Assembly: GCA_963778115.1 (NCBI GenBank)
Contig: CAVZSV010000004.1
Location: 2,720,001 to 2,784,000 of the forward strand
Reading direction: 5' to 3'
DNA: 64,000 nucleotides
Source: an uncultured delta proteobacterium
GTDB lineage: Bacteria; Bdellovibrionota; FAC87; UBA2466
Positions 10,141-20,084 of the stretch are shown here, piece after piece. The position numbers and the translations under genes are program-made. The notes beneath the pieces are model-generated. The model saw nothing but the letters and a program-made list of their open reading frames with translations. It did not search any database and had not been told where the DNA came from. Positions within the stretch are counted from its first letter, which is position 1. Every line of letters starts with the position of its first letter.

Positions 10141-10599
10141 TTATTTCGAATACTTATCGAAAAGCTTCTGAATAATAGTAACCAAAGTAGCTGCCGCGGG
10201 CGACGTATTGCGTTTCACCTGGCTACAAATGTCGCCGCTTCGTAGGAAAACCTTTTGGTTGTCCGCGGTAGAACTCATGGTGAATTGCGAGGGAGCAAAG
10301 CAAAATGCTCTTACGGGATCGGTGACAACTTCGCCGGTCCTTGCCTCTTCGATGAGATTATCTATTTTATCCACTTCTTCGACACTCAATTGCCCCATTG
10401 TTCTTACGATGGGAAGCATTTTGGAAATGGGAAGGAAACTACTTCTTTGAACGGAACCATCAGCCAATACGAAAACACTTACCACGGGTAATGTGGGGGT
10501 ATTGGGTTTCTGGGTAGTTTCAAGACGAATGTCTTGAGTCTGCGCGTTTGCCGAAACGGACGAAAGAATGAGTGCTAGTGCCAAGAAAAAAGCTTTCAT
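10141..10599 (-). CDS. Hypothetical secreted protein
   Basis: MKAFFLALALILSSVSANA signal peptide, AGGAG RBS, two Cys. Confidence 0.75.
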   Translation of the reverse strand: MKAFFLALALILSSVSANAQTQDIRLETTQKPNTPTLPVVSVFVLADGSVQRSSFLPISKMLPIVRTMGQLSVEEVDKIDNLIEEARTGEVVTDPVRAFCFAPSQFTMSSTADNQKVFLRSGDICSQVKRNTSPAAATLVTIIQKLFDKYSK

Positions 10600-10658
10600 G
10601 AAAACTCTCCTAAATCCTCGGGGCAAAAACTGCCGCCGATTTGTTACTGGGCGCATAG

Positions 10659-10674
10659 AGCAAGGGGTATGCCG
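10659..10674 (-). promoter_or_regulatory. Putative sigma54 -24/-12 promoter
   Basis: CGGCATACCCCTTGCT on the - strand (GG-N10-GC), 60 bp upstream of ATG 10599. Confidence 0.6.
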
Positions 10675-10801
10675 GAGATTTTAGGCTTGAACGGGTAAAA
10701 ATGAGTGGAACCATAACGGCTTTGAGTTATCAGATTGGCACTGCATCGCGTAACGCGTCGCGCATTTGGCGATGATGGTAGCGACGGAGTATAACGACGA
10801 G

Positions 10802-11446
10802 ATGAATCCACAACTTTTAGCGTTTACCGGAATCGCAGCGTTGCTAACGATTACTCCTGGGGCCGACATGGCATTGGTTGCGAAAGTTACTCTCTCACAG
10901 GGGAAAAAGGCGGCCTTTTATACCGCCTTGGGGGCGAGTAGTGGAGTCATGGTGCATGCGGCTGCTTCGGCATTGGGGCTCTCTCTCATTCTAGTGAGAT
11001 CCGCCTTTGCTTTTAACATCGTCAAATGGCTGGGAGCGGCTTATCTCTGTTTCCTCGGAGCGCAGGCGATAGTAACAGCGTTTCGAAGTGAAAAGCATCT
11101 AGGCGAGACCTGTGAGAGCGGGGAGAGAATGGAAAAACCGAACAACAGTCTCAATTGTTATTTTCAGGGAGTCTTTACCAACGTTCTTAACCCTAAGTGT
11201 GCTCTCTTTTATTTGGCAATGCTGCCGCAATTTATTTCTCCAAAAGGACCTGTCCTTTCGCAGTCGGTGTTGCTGGCGAGTATCCATTCGGGAATGGGGA
11301 TTCTGTGGCTCTGCTTTTTTGCTTCGGCCATTGAAAGATTTCGAAGCTTTCTGTCGCAGCGAAAAGTGCGACAAACTCTGGATTCGATTACGGGGGGCGT
11401 ATTGATCGCTCTGGGGTTTCGTCTTGCGTTGGCCAGAGCAAAATGA
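10802..11446 (+). CDS. LysE/RhtB family translocator
   Basis: ITPGADMAL, GAAYL..LG, N.LNPK...F...LPQF. Confidence 0.9.
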   Translation: MNPQLLAFTGIAALLTITPGADMALVAKVTLSQGKKAAFYTALGASSGVMVHAAASALGLSLILVRSAFAFNIVKWLGAAYLCFLGAQAIVTAFRSEKHLGETCESGERMEKPNNSLNCYFQGVFTNVLNPKCALFYLAMLPQFISPKGPVLSQSVLLASIHSGMGILWLCFFASAIERFRSFLSQRKVRQTLDSITGGVLIALGFRLALARAK

Positions 11447-11874
11447 ACCGAAAGCACCTGCTCTCAGACTCTGATTTCTTGGATGCCTTCGAAAAGGCGG
11501 AACTCACGGCAATCGATTGGACCCATGAAACCCATCTGAGGATGGCATTCTTGTATCTCAGTCGATTTCCGTTTGAAGAGGCTTTGCAGAGAATCCGAAG
11601 TGGAATTCTTTATCTCAATAGTGTCATTGGGGTTCAAAAGCGAGGCTACCACGAAACAATTACTAGAGCCTTTGCGGAATTGGTGGTAACTCGCGTGAAA
11701 CCAGGACTTCAATGGGACGAGTTTCGTGACCGCAACGGTGACCTTTTCTCTTCGGAGATTCTTCTAACGTATTACCATCGGGAAACACTAAATTCCATTC
11801 AGGCAAAAGAAAGTTATGTAGAACCGGACCTAAGAGCGTTTGCAACGCCGCCATCCTACGGCCTATCGACTTGA
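11443..11874 (+). CDS. Conserved hypothetical protein
   Basis: LSD..FL.AFE...W.H..HLR.A..YL and YHETIT motifs; ATGA-coupled to the LysE gene. Confidence 0.7.
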   Translation: MNRKHLLSDSDFLDAFEKAELTAIDWTHETHLRMAFLYLSRFPFEEALQRIRSGILYLNSVIGVQKRGYHETITRAFAELVVTRVKPGLQWDEFRDRNGDLFSSEILLTYYHRETLNSIQAKESYVEPDLRAFATPPSYGLST

Positions 11875-13157
11875 TGGTACTTAGCCCATGCGTTGTTAAG
11901 GGAGAAGACCAATTGCTTTCCAAGAATGCGCTCACTCCCCAGAGGAAAAAGGAATGGTCGATCCGCGTGAAAGAAGTCATAAAACTTATCGGATTGCCTA
12001 TCGTCCAACGTCCGAAGGGCGACAAAATTTCCGCAGAAAGTCGCCCACGGTAAACCGACACAGCCCAAAACAAAGTGTACCCAGGGAGATTGCGGATCGC
12101 GGGTGACCGTTGGGATGAGATCCCTGGTACAATCGATACGCCCGGGCCAATATTGAACACACTCGAGATTATGAAGTACGGGAAATTTAGCTTTCAATTT
12201 TCGAATGACGCGGTTAATGACACGCGGGCTCGTTACATCATTGGGAGAAAAGGTGGTTAGCATGCTTCCCCCGCCGATGAGGAGGCGATGATCTCCGGTA
12301 AGTCTAAAATAGGTGTAGACCAAATCGGAATCCCAACATTGCAGAGGACCGTCGGGAAAGAGCTCTTGAATCTGTCCGGGACTAAGCGGTTCGCTAATCG
12401 AGAGAAAGGTCTGTGCGTGGTAGATATTTTTCGCATAGTGGGTCAACGTCGGACTTAGTTTGTCAGCAGTAAAGATAATCTTATCGGCGGTCACAGAGCC
12501 CAGATGTGTTTTTAGCGTATGTTCCTTGAGGGATATGACTTCGGTAGCCTCATAAATATCGACCCCCTTCTCATCCAGAACTTCTTTGACGCCTTGAGAA
12601 TAGCGAAGCCCATTGACCCCGTAAGTGTGCGGATATCGAACAGCCCCGTAATAGCAGGTCGACCCCAATACTTTCGGCAGTTCGTCCCGGGAATAAAGCG
12701 TTTGGGTATAACCCAAGTCCGCGCGGGCCTTTGCTTCGGCTTGAGCGTCTTTGAAGCCAGATTCATCGTTACCCATAAATAGGCTGTCCTGCCTGAGCAG
12801 GTCGCAGTTGATGTTGTGGTCTTTGATCGTGCCGAGCATCAGCTCCACCCCGTGGCAGCCTGCTTCCCACATTTGCTTCGCTTGAGTGGGACCATACCTG
12901 CGAACGAGTTGGGAGAGTTCCAATTCACTGTCGGGAGTCAGGAAACCAGCGCTTTTGCCGGTCGAACTCCCACCGCAAATATTTCGATCGAGAAGAACAA
13001 TGCTCAGTCCGTGGTTCATCAAAGTAAGTGCCGCCGAGAGGCCAGCGGCACCAGCCCCCACGATGGCAACGTCTGCTTTGATGTCTTTCTCTAAAGGAGG
13101 GCGTAACGGAGTTGCCTCTTGCATTAGTGTCGTAAACCACCAGTCCTGAAGTCTCAT
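11856..13157 (-). CDS. FAD-dependent oxidoreductase (DAO/PuuB-like)
   Basis: DVAIVGAGAAG Rossmann motif, G.STGKSAG, YFRLT.D.RLLIGG, W.G.ID.T.D..P. Confidence 0.85.
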   Translation of the reverse strand: MRLQDWWFTTLMQEATPLRPPLEKDIKADVAIVGAGAAGLSAALTLMNHGLSIVLLDRNICGGSSTGKSAGFLTPDSELELSQLVRRYGPTQAKQMWEAGCHGVELMLGTIKDHNINCDLLRQDSLFMGNDESGFKDAQAEAKARADLGYTQTLYSRDELPKVLGSTCYYGAVRYPHTYGVNGLRYSQGVKEVLDEKGVDIYEATEVISLKEHTLKTHLGSVTADKIIFTADKLSPTLTHYAKNIYHAQTFLSISEPLSPGQIQELFPDGPLQCWDSDLVYTYFRLTGDHRLLIGGGSMLTTFSPNDVTSPRVINRVIRKLKAKFPVLHNLECVQYWPGRIDCTRDLIPTVTRDPQSPWVHFVLGCVGLPWATFCGNFVALRTLDDRQSDKFYDFFHADRPFLFPLGSERILGKQLVFSLNNAWAKYHQVDRP

Positions 13158-13297
13158 CGTCGCCTCCCCATTAATGCGTTCCCAACGCTCATCGAACTAA
13201 GGCCAAATATCTAAGATTAGCCAGTAAATTCTTTTGTATTTGTCTTTTTGCGGAAACTTCGCGATGGTGGCTCCGTTACCTTCAGAGGGAGACGTTG

Positions 13298-13783
13298 ATG
13301 AAAGCGAAAGAAATTAAGAACACGATAAACTGGGATTTCATGAAGCCGGAAGCGCTCTCGGTAGCCCCCACCACTTCGGTGCGCGAAGCTATCGAGCTAA
13401 TGGAAAAATATAAGATCCATCACCTGCTGGTGATGGATGGTAAGGACTTCAAGGGCTTGATTGAAGGTAGAGATCTCATTTTTACGACGATCGAGGGAAA
13501 GAGCGTCGCTGACGTGATGAAGACCAAAGTGCCGATGATCTACGAGTCGACCGATGTGGGAGGGGTGCTCGAAGAGATGTTTAATCACAAGATCACAGCA
13601 CTTCCTATCGTGGAAGAGGGACAGATTGTAGGAATTTTGACCGAGACTGACCTTCTAAAGCTTCTCAAGTCGATGTTGGGGAAAGACACGGGGCTTCCTA
13701 TTTTAATCAAAGAAGGGGAAGCCGCTCTGTCTAATCCATTAATACAGAATGTGTTTCGTCTGCTGAGTGACATTGGGCTTTGA
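13298..13783 (+). CDS. CBS-domain pair protein
   Basis: M...KIHHLLV; ALPIV..G.IVGILTETDLL. Confidence 0.85.
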   Translation: MKAKEIKNTINWDFMKPEALSVAPTTSVREAIELMEKYKIHHLLVMDGKDFKGLIEGRDLIFTTIEGKSVADVMKTKVPMIYESTDVGGVLEEMFNHKITALPIVEEGQIVGILTETDLLKLLKSMLGKDTGLPILIKEGEAALSNPLIQNVFRLLSDIGL

Positions 13784-13921
13784 GCCGGCTCGCGTTGTCT
13801 CGAACATGTCTTATAGGCATTTAGCGTCTAGCTTCCCTACCCTTGCGATAAGCGCTGAGGCTGGACTGTTGCGAAATGTCATTTCATGGCCCGAGAAAGG
13901 GCTGTTTTCTGCTAAAGGGAT

Positions 13922-13937
13922 TGGAACACGGTTTGCA
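13922..13937 (+). promoter_or_regulatory. Putative sigma54 promoter
   Basis: TGGAACACGGTTTGCA, 38 bp upstream of ATG 13975. Confidence 0.6.
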
Positions 13938-13974
13938 GTTGTGAGGGATCGCTTATTATTGAAAGGAGTTTTCC

Positions 13975-14208
13975 ATGGCAAGAGCAAGTAAGCAGGCCTA
14001 TACCGGCAAACAGGAACGAAAAGCGGAGCACATTGAGAAGGGGTATGAGAATAAAGGGGTTTCGGCCTCGGAAGCGGCCCGTCGAGCGTGGGCGACGGTG
14101 AATAAGGAATCGGGCGGAGGAAAAAAATCCGGATCCGGGCGCGGCAAAGTGAGTTCTCACGTGTCGTCGAGAAAAGGCGGGAAGAACAGTCATAAGAAAG
14201 CCGCTTAA
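13975..14208 (+). CDS. Small basic hydrophilic protein (family often annotated 'plasmid stabilization protein')
   Basis: YT.KQ.RKAEHIE.GYE..G....EA.RRAWATVNK.SGGG motif; strong AAGGAG RBS. Confidence 0.8.
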   Translation: MARASKQAYTGKQERKAEHIEKGYENKGVSASEAARRAWATVNKESGGGKKSGSGRGKVSSHVSSRKGGKNSHKKAA

Positions 14209-14235
14209 CATGGAATTACGCCCCGGAGAGAACCT

Positions 14236-15138
14236 ATGCGGTTAAAGGGACTCCTTTCTTTTGTCCAATGGACTAAAGAAAGTGGGGTAGCGTGGAATAA
14301 AGACAATGCACCTCGTCTGGGTGCGGCGCTATCGTTTTACACGGTTTTTTCACTGGCTCCGTTAATGATTATAGCAACCGCGATCGCCGGCCTTGTTTTC
14401 GGAGCGGAGGCGGTAAGAGGCGAGCTTTCGACACAGCTCCAGGGATTAATCGGGACGGACGGAGCCAAAGCGGTGGAAGGCCTTATCGCCGGAGCATGGA
14501 AGCCCAAGTCGAATATCATCGCAACTTTAGTGGGTTTTATTACCTTATTAATCGGCGGTACCGCTGTATTTTCTGAATTACGATCGGTTCTCAATCAGAT
14601 CTGGAAAGTCCCTTCAAAGAAAATCACAGGGATTCGCGCGCTCTTCAAAGATAAACTCTTGTCTTTCGCGATGATGGCGGCAGTCGGTTTTCTTTTGCTA
14701 GTCTCACTCATCGCCAATACTATCCTCGCGGCAGCCACCGATTTTTTATCCGGAATTTTTCCTGTGCCCGGCCTGTTCGGGCAGATACTATATTCTTTTA
14801 CCTCATTTCTATTAATTACGGGTCTTTTTGCTTCAATATTCAAAGTACTTCCCGAAAAATCGATCCTATGGAAAGACGTCTGGGTGGGATCGGTAATCAC
14901 CTCGGCTTTGTTTTCCGTGGGGAAATTTCTAATGGGCCTATATCTGGGGCGAGCGGTGACGGTGAGTGCGTATGGAGCGTCCGCTTCCTTCGTCGTTATT
15001 ATGTTGTGGGCGTACTATTCGTCGCTAATAGTGATCTTTGGAGCAGAGTTTACGCACGTCTATTCTAGTCATAGGCAGGCTTTGCCTCCTTCTCGTCCCA
15101 TGGAGTTGAAGCGATACCGCTCTTCTCGAGAACATTAA
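14236..15138 (+). CDS. YihY/BrkB family inner-membrane protein
   Basis: AALSFYTVFSLAPL, LNQIW, YGA..S....MLW.YYS......GAE. Confidence 0.92.
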   Translation: MRLKGLLSFVQWTKESGVAWNKDNAPRLGAALSFYTVFSLAPLMIIATAIAGLVFGAEAVRGELSTQLQGLIGTDGAKAVEGLIAGAWKPKSNIIATLVGFITLLIGGTAVFSELRSVLNQIWKVPSKKITGIRALFKDKLLSFAMMAAVGFLLLVSLIANTILAAATDFLSGIFPVPGLFGQILYSFTSFLLITGLFASIFKVLPEKSILWKDVWVGSVITSALFSVGKFLMGLYLGRAVTVSAYGASASFVVIMLWAYYSSLIVIFGAEFTHVYSSHRQALPPSRPMELKRYRSSREH

Positions 15139-15490
15139 TTCCCGTTGCCCCCTGGAAAAGACAGGCAACTTTACGTTCCACGACCAAGATCTCCTTCTGG
15201 ACAAATTGTTTTTCGATAAAAGCTTTAATCCTTAAAAAGTACGGCCTACTTTTATTTGGCTCCGATGATAAAACTCTCAGTAAAGCGATTTCGTCGCGAA
15301 ACACCACATTTCCCATCTTCCAATCTCCTTCAATCGTGTGTCGAAACTCTGTGACACCGCCGAAGCGTCTTGCGAGTAAATCCTTGATGAGGGTGAAAAA
15401 CCTTTCAGGGAAAAGAGCTCCGTCGTTATCTCTCGTGGGAACATAGAGATCAAATTCAGAACAGAGTTTCCGTATGGAAATTGAGCTCAC
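15065..15490 (-). CDS. Conserved hypothetical protein
   Basis: P..DNDG..FP...F...L..RFGGVT and QKEILV motifs; AGGAGG RBS before the GTG. Confidence 0.65.
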   Translation of the reverse strand: MSSISIRKLCSEFDLYVPTRDNDGALFPERFFTLIKDLLARRFGGVTEFRHTIEGDWKMGNVVFRDEIALLRVLSSEPNKSRPYFLRIKAFIEKQFVQKEILVVERKVACLFQGATGINVLEKSGIASTPWDEKEAKPAYD

Positions 15491-15569
15491 TTGTCGCCTC
15501 CTTTCTGAGCAATCCGGAGCGGCGGAACCTGTTTTTCCGCCGATTCGTCATGCTCTTTTCATTTGCAAA

Positions 15570-15585
15570 TGCAAATCCGATGCCG
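15570..15585 (-). promoter_or_regulatory. Putative sigma54 promoter
   Basis: CGGCATCGGATTTGCA on the - strand, upstream of the 15490 gene. Confidence 0.55.
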
Positions 15586-15669
15586 CGGAATTTTGCTTTT
15601 GTGTGTTGGACACCTCCCCAGCTTGGTTCAAGAGCCTCTATGACCGTCTGACTCGCAGGTTCAAAAATA

Positions 15670-15685
15670 CGGTCTCAATCTTGCA
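15670..15685 (+). promoter_or_regulatory. Possible weak sigma54 promoter
   Basis: CGGTCTCAATCTTGCA (GG-N10-GC), upstream of 15746. Confidence 0.35.
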
Positions 15686-15745
15686 TTTTATTTTTTCGAG
15701 TAAAACTGAAGAGCTAGTTAAACTCTAAAGCAAGAAGGCAAAGTC

Positions 15746-16465
15746 ATGAGTGAACGTGCGGTCTTAAAAATCCATTCGACACACAAAAATCATCTTCGAA
15801 TCAATTGGGGTTCGGCCGTGATGGGGGCTCTTTTATGTTTGGGACTGGAAATCGGGTTCGCGCTATTTGGATCTGGACTAATGCTACTGGTCGTTCCTTT
15901 GGAACAGGGAGTAATACCCGGAAATGGAGAAATGATTGGATTAGCAATCGTGGCTCTTATTGGAGTCACCGTATCTTTTTTTGTGGGCGGGGCGGTCTCT
16001 GGTTACTGGGCAGAGCAGGCCTCAAAGGTTTCGATGGCGGTACAGGCATGTCTGATGTGGGCTCTAGTAGCCGTGGGTATCGGAGTCTTGGGGATGGCTC
16101 GGATGTTCTTACCTGCTCCCATATTTGCTGCTGCCGGAATTGGAGTCGACGCTGGAGCTGCTAGCTTTTTTTCTGAACTCAAGAATTCGACTCCATCCTT
16201 GGTGAGTGACATGAGCTTAATCAAAGGAAAGATCATCACTCAGCTCATCATTGGACCAGCCTCGGAAACTCAGCGCGCACACCTAAAGGGAATGACCGAC
16301 GATTTAGATCGTGCCGCAAAAAGGAGCGCTCGAACGTTAAGAAAGACGTTAGCGGTGGCCGGTCTAGCGGTAAGCCTGTTTTTGTTTATCGGCTGTTTGT
16401 TCGCCAATCTGGGCAGTTTTCTATCCGCGCGTTATCTGGTAACGCGATCGCACAGTTTAAAGTGA
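15746..16465 (+). CDS. Hypothetical membrane protein
   Basis: RINWGSAVMGA start followed by about 4 TM segments. Confidence 0.7.
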   Translation: MSERAVLKIHSTHKNHLRINWGSAVMGALLCLGLEIGFALFGSGLMLLVVPLEQGVIPGNGEMIGLAIVALIGVTVSFFVGGAVSGYWAEQASKVSMAVQACLMWALVAVGIGVLGMARMFLPAPIFAAAGIGVDAGAASFFSELKNSTPSLVSDMSLIKGKIITQLIIGPASETQRAHLKGMTDDLDRAAKRSARTLRKTLAVAGLAVSLFLFIGCLFANLGSFLSARYLVTRSHSLK

Positions 16466-16530
16466 CCGCTCGATGCTGCAAATCGATACGCCTAGGCGTC
16501 TCCTTGCGTGTGTGGAGGCTCGCTCGAATA

Positions 16531-16546
16531 TGGCCTGGTGATTGCA
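16531..16546 (+). promoter_or_regulatory. Putative sigma54 promoter
   Basis: TGGCCTGGTGATTGCA, upstream of ATG 16609. Confidence 0.6.
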
Positions 16547-16608
16547 ACTTTACTTAGCGAATCGAATCAGGTCGTCGTGAGTCAGTTAACTAAAGAAGGA
16601 GACTAGTA

Positions 16609-16848
16609 ATGGCAAATAAAGCAACGACTGGGCAGGTTGGAAATATCGGTGGAGTTTCGCCTACAGAGGCGTCTACTCCAGAGACGAATGCAAAGACAGA
16701 GGAATTGAGTCCGAAAGGGGCGTGGGTTAATAAGAACGGTGCCGAAGCCGTTAACCCTGATAAGAGGAGTTGGCGAGAGACGTTTCGGATAGTTCCCGGA
16801 GGCTCTCCGCCGCTATCCGAATCGGAATCTGAAGACACGTCCCCCTAG
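16609..16848 (+). CDS. Small acidic, probably disordered hypothetical protein
   Basis: 79 aa; AAGGAG RBS. Confidence 0.6.
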   Translation: MANKATTGQVGNIGGVSPTEASTPETNAKTEELSPKGAWVNKNGAEAVNPDKRSWRETFRIVPGGSPPLSESESEDTSP

Positions 16849-19800
16849 TGCGATATCTGGAAGCCTTCGATATCGACTGACTCTGAACTTCGCGCGGAAG
16901 CCGTCGCTTCGGTAACAGGCTTTTTAATAAATCCATAAAACGCGCGAAACAGAGACGGAACCAAATAGAAATTTAAGATCGTAGATAGGATCTGTCCCCC
17001 GATCACCGCCCGGCCGAGAGGAATATTCGCCTCGGCTCCTTGCCCCATTCCAAAAGCCATCGGAAGCAGACCCAGAATAGAAGCTAAAGAGGTCATCGTG
17101 ATGGGGCGCAGACGAGCCTTAGCGCCCCTGATAATGGCCTTGTCGACGTCAGGCTCATGACGCGAAACTTCTAGAATGTATTCGATGAGCAAGACACCGT
17201 GGGAAACGGCGACTCCGATGACGAAAATACAACCGATAGCGGCTTGGATACTAAAGTAAGTATGCCAAAGTGCCATGACGACGATGACTCCCACCATGCC
17301 CATCGGAACCGTGGTCATCACGATGGCGGGTAAGAGAAACGATCGGAATTGTACGACAAGGACTAGATATACCAGAAGGGCCGCAAGGAGAAATCCTCCA
17401 CCCAAAGATCCCACCGCCTTATTCATTTCGGCGATCTCACCGCGGATCTCGGCGAAATACCCTGCCGGCAGCGGTTGTTTGTTCAAAATAGTCTGAACGT
17501 CTTTGGCTACTCCCGCGATGTCGCGTCCCTGGGCATCTAGATAAATATCGATCACAGGTTTAAGATCAACGTGATTCAATTCCACCGGACCCTTTGATTC
17601 ATGGGTGGTGGCTAGCCATCGCAACGGAACGCTGCGATTCTGATCAGGATTGGTGACAGGAATATCCATGAGATTGTCGATGCTAGACATCAAGTTTTCG
17701 GAAAACTGAACGCCGAAGAAGTAATCGATCCCGGTCTTAGGATCGATCCAGATCGAGGGTTTATAGGACGCGCTATTAGAAACCCCGCTGACCACGTTTT
17801 TCACGATATCTTCCGGCGTCAGACCCAAATTCATCGCTTTATGGCGATCGATCTCCAGATTTATTTGAGGTGCATCGAACTTTTGTTGAATTCTGACATC
17901 GACAGCCCCTCTGACTTTCTTAATCTCAGGTAGATAATTCTCTGCTACTTTGTAAGTGTCTTCATGGCCCGGACCGGTAAATTGGACATCGATGGGAGAT
18001 ACCAACCCGCCGTTAAGAGCCGAAGTGAGGAGCCCCCCCAGTTCGATTCCAAACTCACCTTCGGGAATCTCTTTGGGAAGTCTTTCACGTATAATCTTGG
18101 CGTAATATTGAGAGGTATGTTTACGGTCTTCAGTCAATTCCACGTTAAAAGTAGCGTCTTGGGTTCCGGAATTAGGGGTGAAAGCAGCCGAGTATCCATA
18201 ATAGACCCCGGCGTTGGTAATGATCATTTTAAGATCGCTTGCGGGAATCCATTCTCGGAGCTTTTTTTCAATTTTCTCTGCAATCTCCGTCGTCTTTTCG
18301 ATTCGATATCCGGTGGGGCCTCTAAAATCTATCCTTAGACTCCCGGCATCAGCACGCGGGAAAAGTTCGGCTCCGATATGTCCGATAAACAGCAATCCCA
18401 CTCCGAAGAGAAAGATAATGGATACGGGAAGTACTACCGAGCGTCGGGCTATTACCCAGGAAAGCGAGTTTCCATAAGCTTCCGTTACGATGTCTACTTT
18501 GCGTTGAACCCATCCTAAGAACCCTTTGGTAGCGGTTTGACCGCTTTTAAGAAAGTGCGTCGTATATAGAGGAATTACTGTCATTGCCGCAAAATAGGAT
18601 GCCGCCATCGAAGAGATCACCGCAATCGACAAAGAAGCGAATAGGATTTTGGTGACCCCATCCAAGAATACTACCGGAAAGAAAACAATGAGGGTCGAAA
18701 TGGTGGAGGCCAAGACAGGCATCGCGACTTCGCGGGCCCCGTCAAGAGAGGCCTGTCGCGGGGACATGCCCTGCACGCTCTTTTGCATGATGACTTCGAT
18801 CACCACGATGGCGTTATCCACCAGAACGCCGACGGACAATGCCAAACCTCCTAACGTCATCACGTTTAACGATTGGCCAAGCATTTTCAAGCAGGCAAAG
18901 GCTCCTACCAATGACAAAGGGAGCGAGAGCATAACGGCAATAGTGGCTCGAAAGCTTCCTAAGAAGAGAAATACCATGATGGCGGCAAAACCACCTCCGA
19001 TTAAGGCTTCGTGAGTAATCGACTCGATCGCTTTGCGAATGAAGATGGATTGGTCCCCCACGATATCTAATTTAAATCCTGGCTTTGTCGCTTCGAGCTG
19101 CTTCACCGATTTTTTTACTTCGTCCACCACTTTAAGCGAGTTCGCGCCAAGTTCCCGATAGATGGGAACGTAGACTTCGGGTTTTCCGTCAATACGGACC
19201 ACGTTGGTTTGGATGGCGCTGGAGTCTTCGGCATGGCCCACGTCTTTTAAATAGATAGGCACTCCGTTGCGGGCGCGCAGCAGAAAATTATCCATGTCAG
19301 GTACTTTATCGACCAATCCGTTGCTTGTGATCTGGTAATCAAAGTTGCCTACTTTGATATCTCCTGTCGGGATAAAGGTATTCATCATGTCGAGCTTGTT
19401 CATGACCTGAACGGGAGAAAAGTTAAACTGTTGCAGCTTCTTTTCATTGAGATAGACGATGATCTCTCGAGTTTTTCCTCCCATGACTGCCGGAGCCATG
19501 GCTCCGGGCACACTCTGAATGGCATTGATGACGGAGAAGCGGGCTAGATCGGCAAGCTCCTTCTCTGACTTCGTGTCGCTTCCTACAGCACACATCGCGA
19601 GCGGGACTGCCGCCATGGGATCGAAGGGAAGGATAAGGGGGGGCTGCGTTCCCGGAGGTAATTTTCGAAGCACTGAACTCACTAAAGACCCTGTTTGTGC
19701 TATGGCATTACTTAAATCAACGCTGGAGTTGAAAAAGTTTTTTACGACACTGACACCCATTAGCGATCGCGACTGCTGCCCTTCGATGCCCACCGCTTGC

Positions 19801-20060
19801 CCGGTATAGCGTTCATAAAGATAGGTCAGATCCTGCTCGACGTGTTCTACAGGCATTCCCGGGTAAAACGAGAGAATCTGAACGGCCGGAAGATTGGCGG
19901 GGGGAAGTAAATCTTTGGGCAGCAATAGTAAGCTTAGCGTTCCCATCAGGACCGCGATCAAGCAAGCCACTATCGTGAAATGGGGGTTATTTATCGCGAA
20001 AGCCGCGATTCCCTTTTCTTCCTTTGGTGACTCGTGTGTTTCGTGCTGCTCGTTTTCCAT
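16845..20060 (-). CDS. RND efflux permease (AcrB/CusA superfamily)
   Basis: About 1070 aa; LNVMTLGGLALSVGVLVDNAIVVIE, RLRPITMTSLA..LGLLP, PLGRAVIGG. Confidence 0.95.
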   Translation of the reverse strand: MENEQHETHESPKEEKGIAAFAINNPHFTIVACLIAVLMGTLSLLLLPKDLLPPANLPAVQILSFYPGMPVEHVEQDLTYLYERYTGQAVGIEGQQSRSLMGVSVVKNFFNSSVDLSNAIAQTGSLVSSVLRKLPPGTQPPLILPFDPMAAVPLAMCAVGSDTKSEKELADLARFSVINAIQSVPGAMAPAVMGGKTREIIVYLNEKKLQQFNFSPVQVMNKLDMMNTFIPTGDIKVGNFDYQITSNGLVDKVPDMDNFLLRARNGVPIYLKDVGHAEDSSAIQTNVVRIDGKPEVYVPIYRELGANSLKVVDEVKKSVKQLEATKPGFKLDIVGDQSIFIRKAIESITHEALIGGGFAAIMVFLFLGSFRATIAVMLSLPLSLVGAFACLKMLGQSLNVMTLGGLALSVGVLVDNAIVVIEVIMQKSVQGMSPRQASLDGAREVAMPVLASTISTLIVFFPVVFLDGVTKILFASLSIAVISSMAASYFAAMTVIPLYTTHFLKSGQTATKGFLGWVQRKVDIVTEAYGNSLSWVIARRSVVLPVSIIFLFGVGLLFIGHIGAELFPRADAGSLRIDFRGPTGYRIEKTTEIAEKIEKKLREWIPASDLKMIITNAGVYYGYSAAFTPNSGTQDATFNVELTEDRKHTSQYYAKIIRERLPKEIPEGEFGIELGGLLTSALNGGLVSPIDVQFTGPGHEDTYKVAENYLPEIKKVRGAVDVRIQQKFDAPQINLEIDRHKAMNLGLTPEDIVKNVVSGVSNSASYKPSIWIDPKTGIDYFFGVQFSENLMSSIDNLMDIPVTNPDQNRSVPLRWLATTHESKGPVELNHVDLKPVIDIYLDAQGRDIAGVAKDVQTILNKQPLPAGYFAEIRGEIAEMNKAVGSLGGGFLLAALLVYLVLVVQFRSFLLPAIVMTTVPMGMVGVIVVMALWHTYFSIQAAIGCIFVIGVAVSHGVLLIEYILEVSRHEPDVDKAIIRGAKARLRPITMTSLASILGLLPMAFGMGQGAEANIPLGRAVIGGQILSTILNFYLVPSLFRAFYGFIKKPVTEATASARSSESVDIEGFQISH

Positions 20061-20084
20061 CGAAAGTTCTCCCAAAAATCGTAC

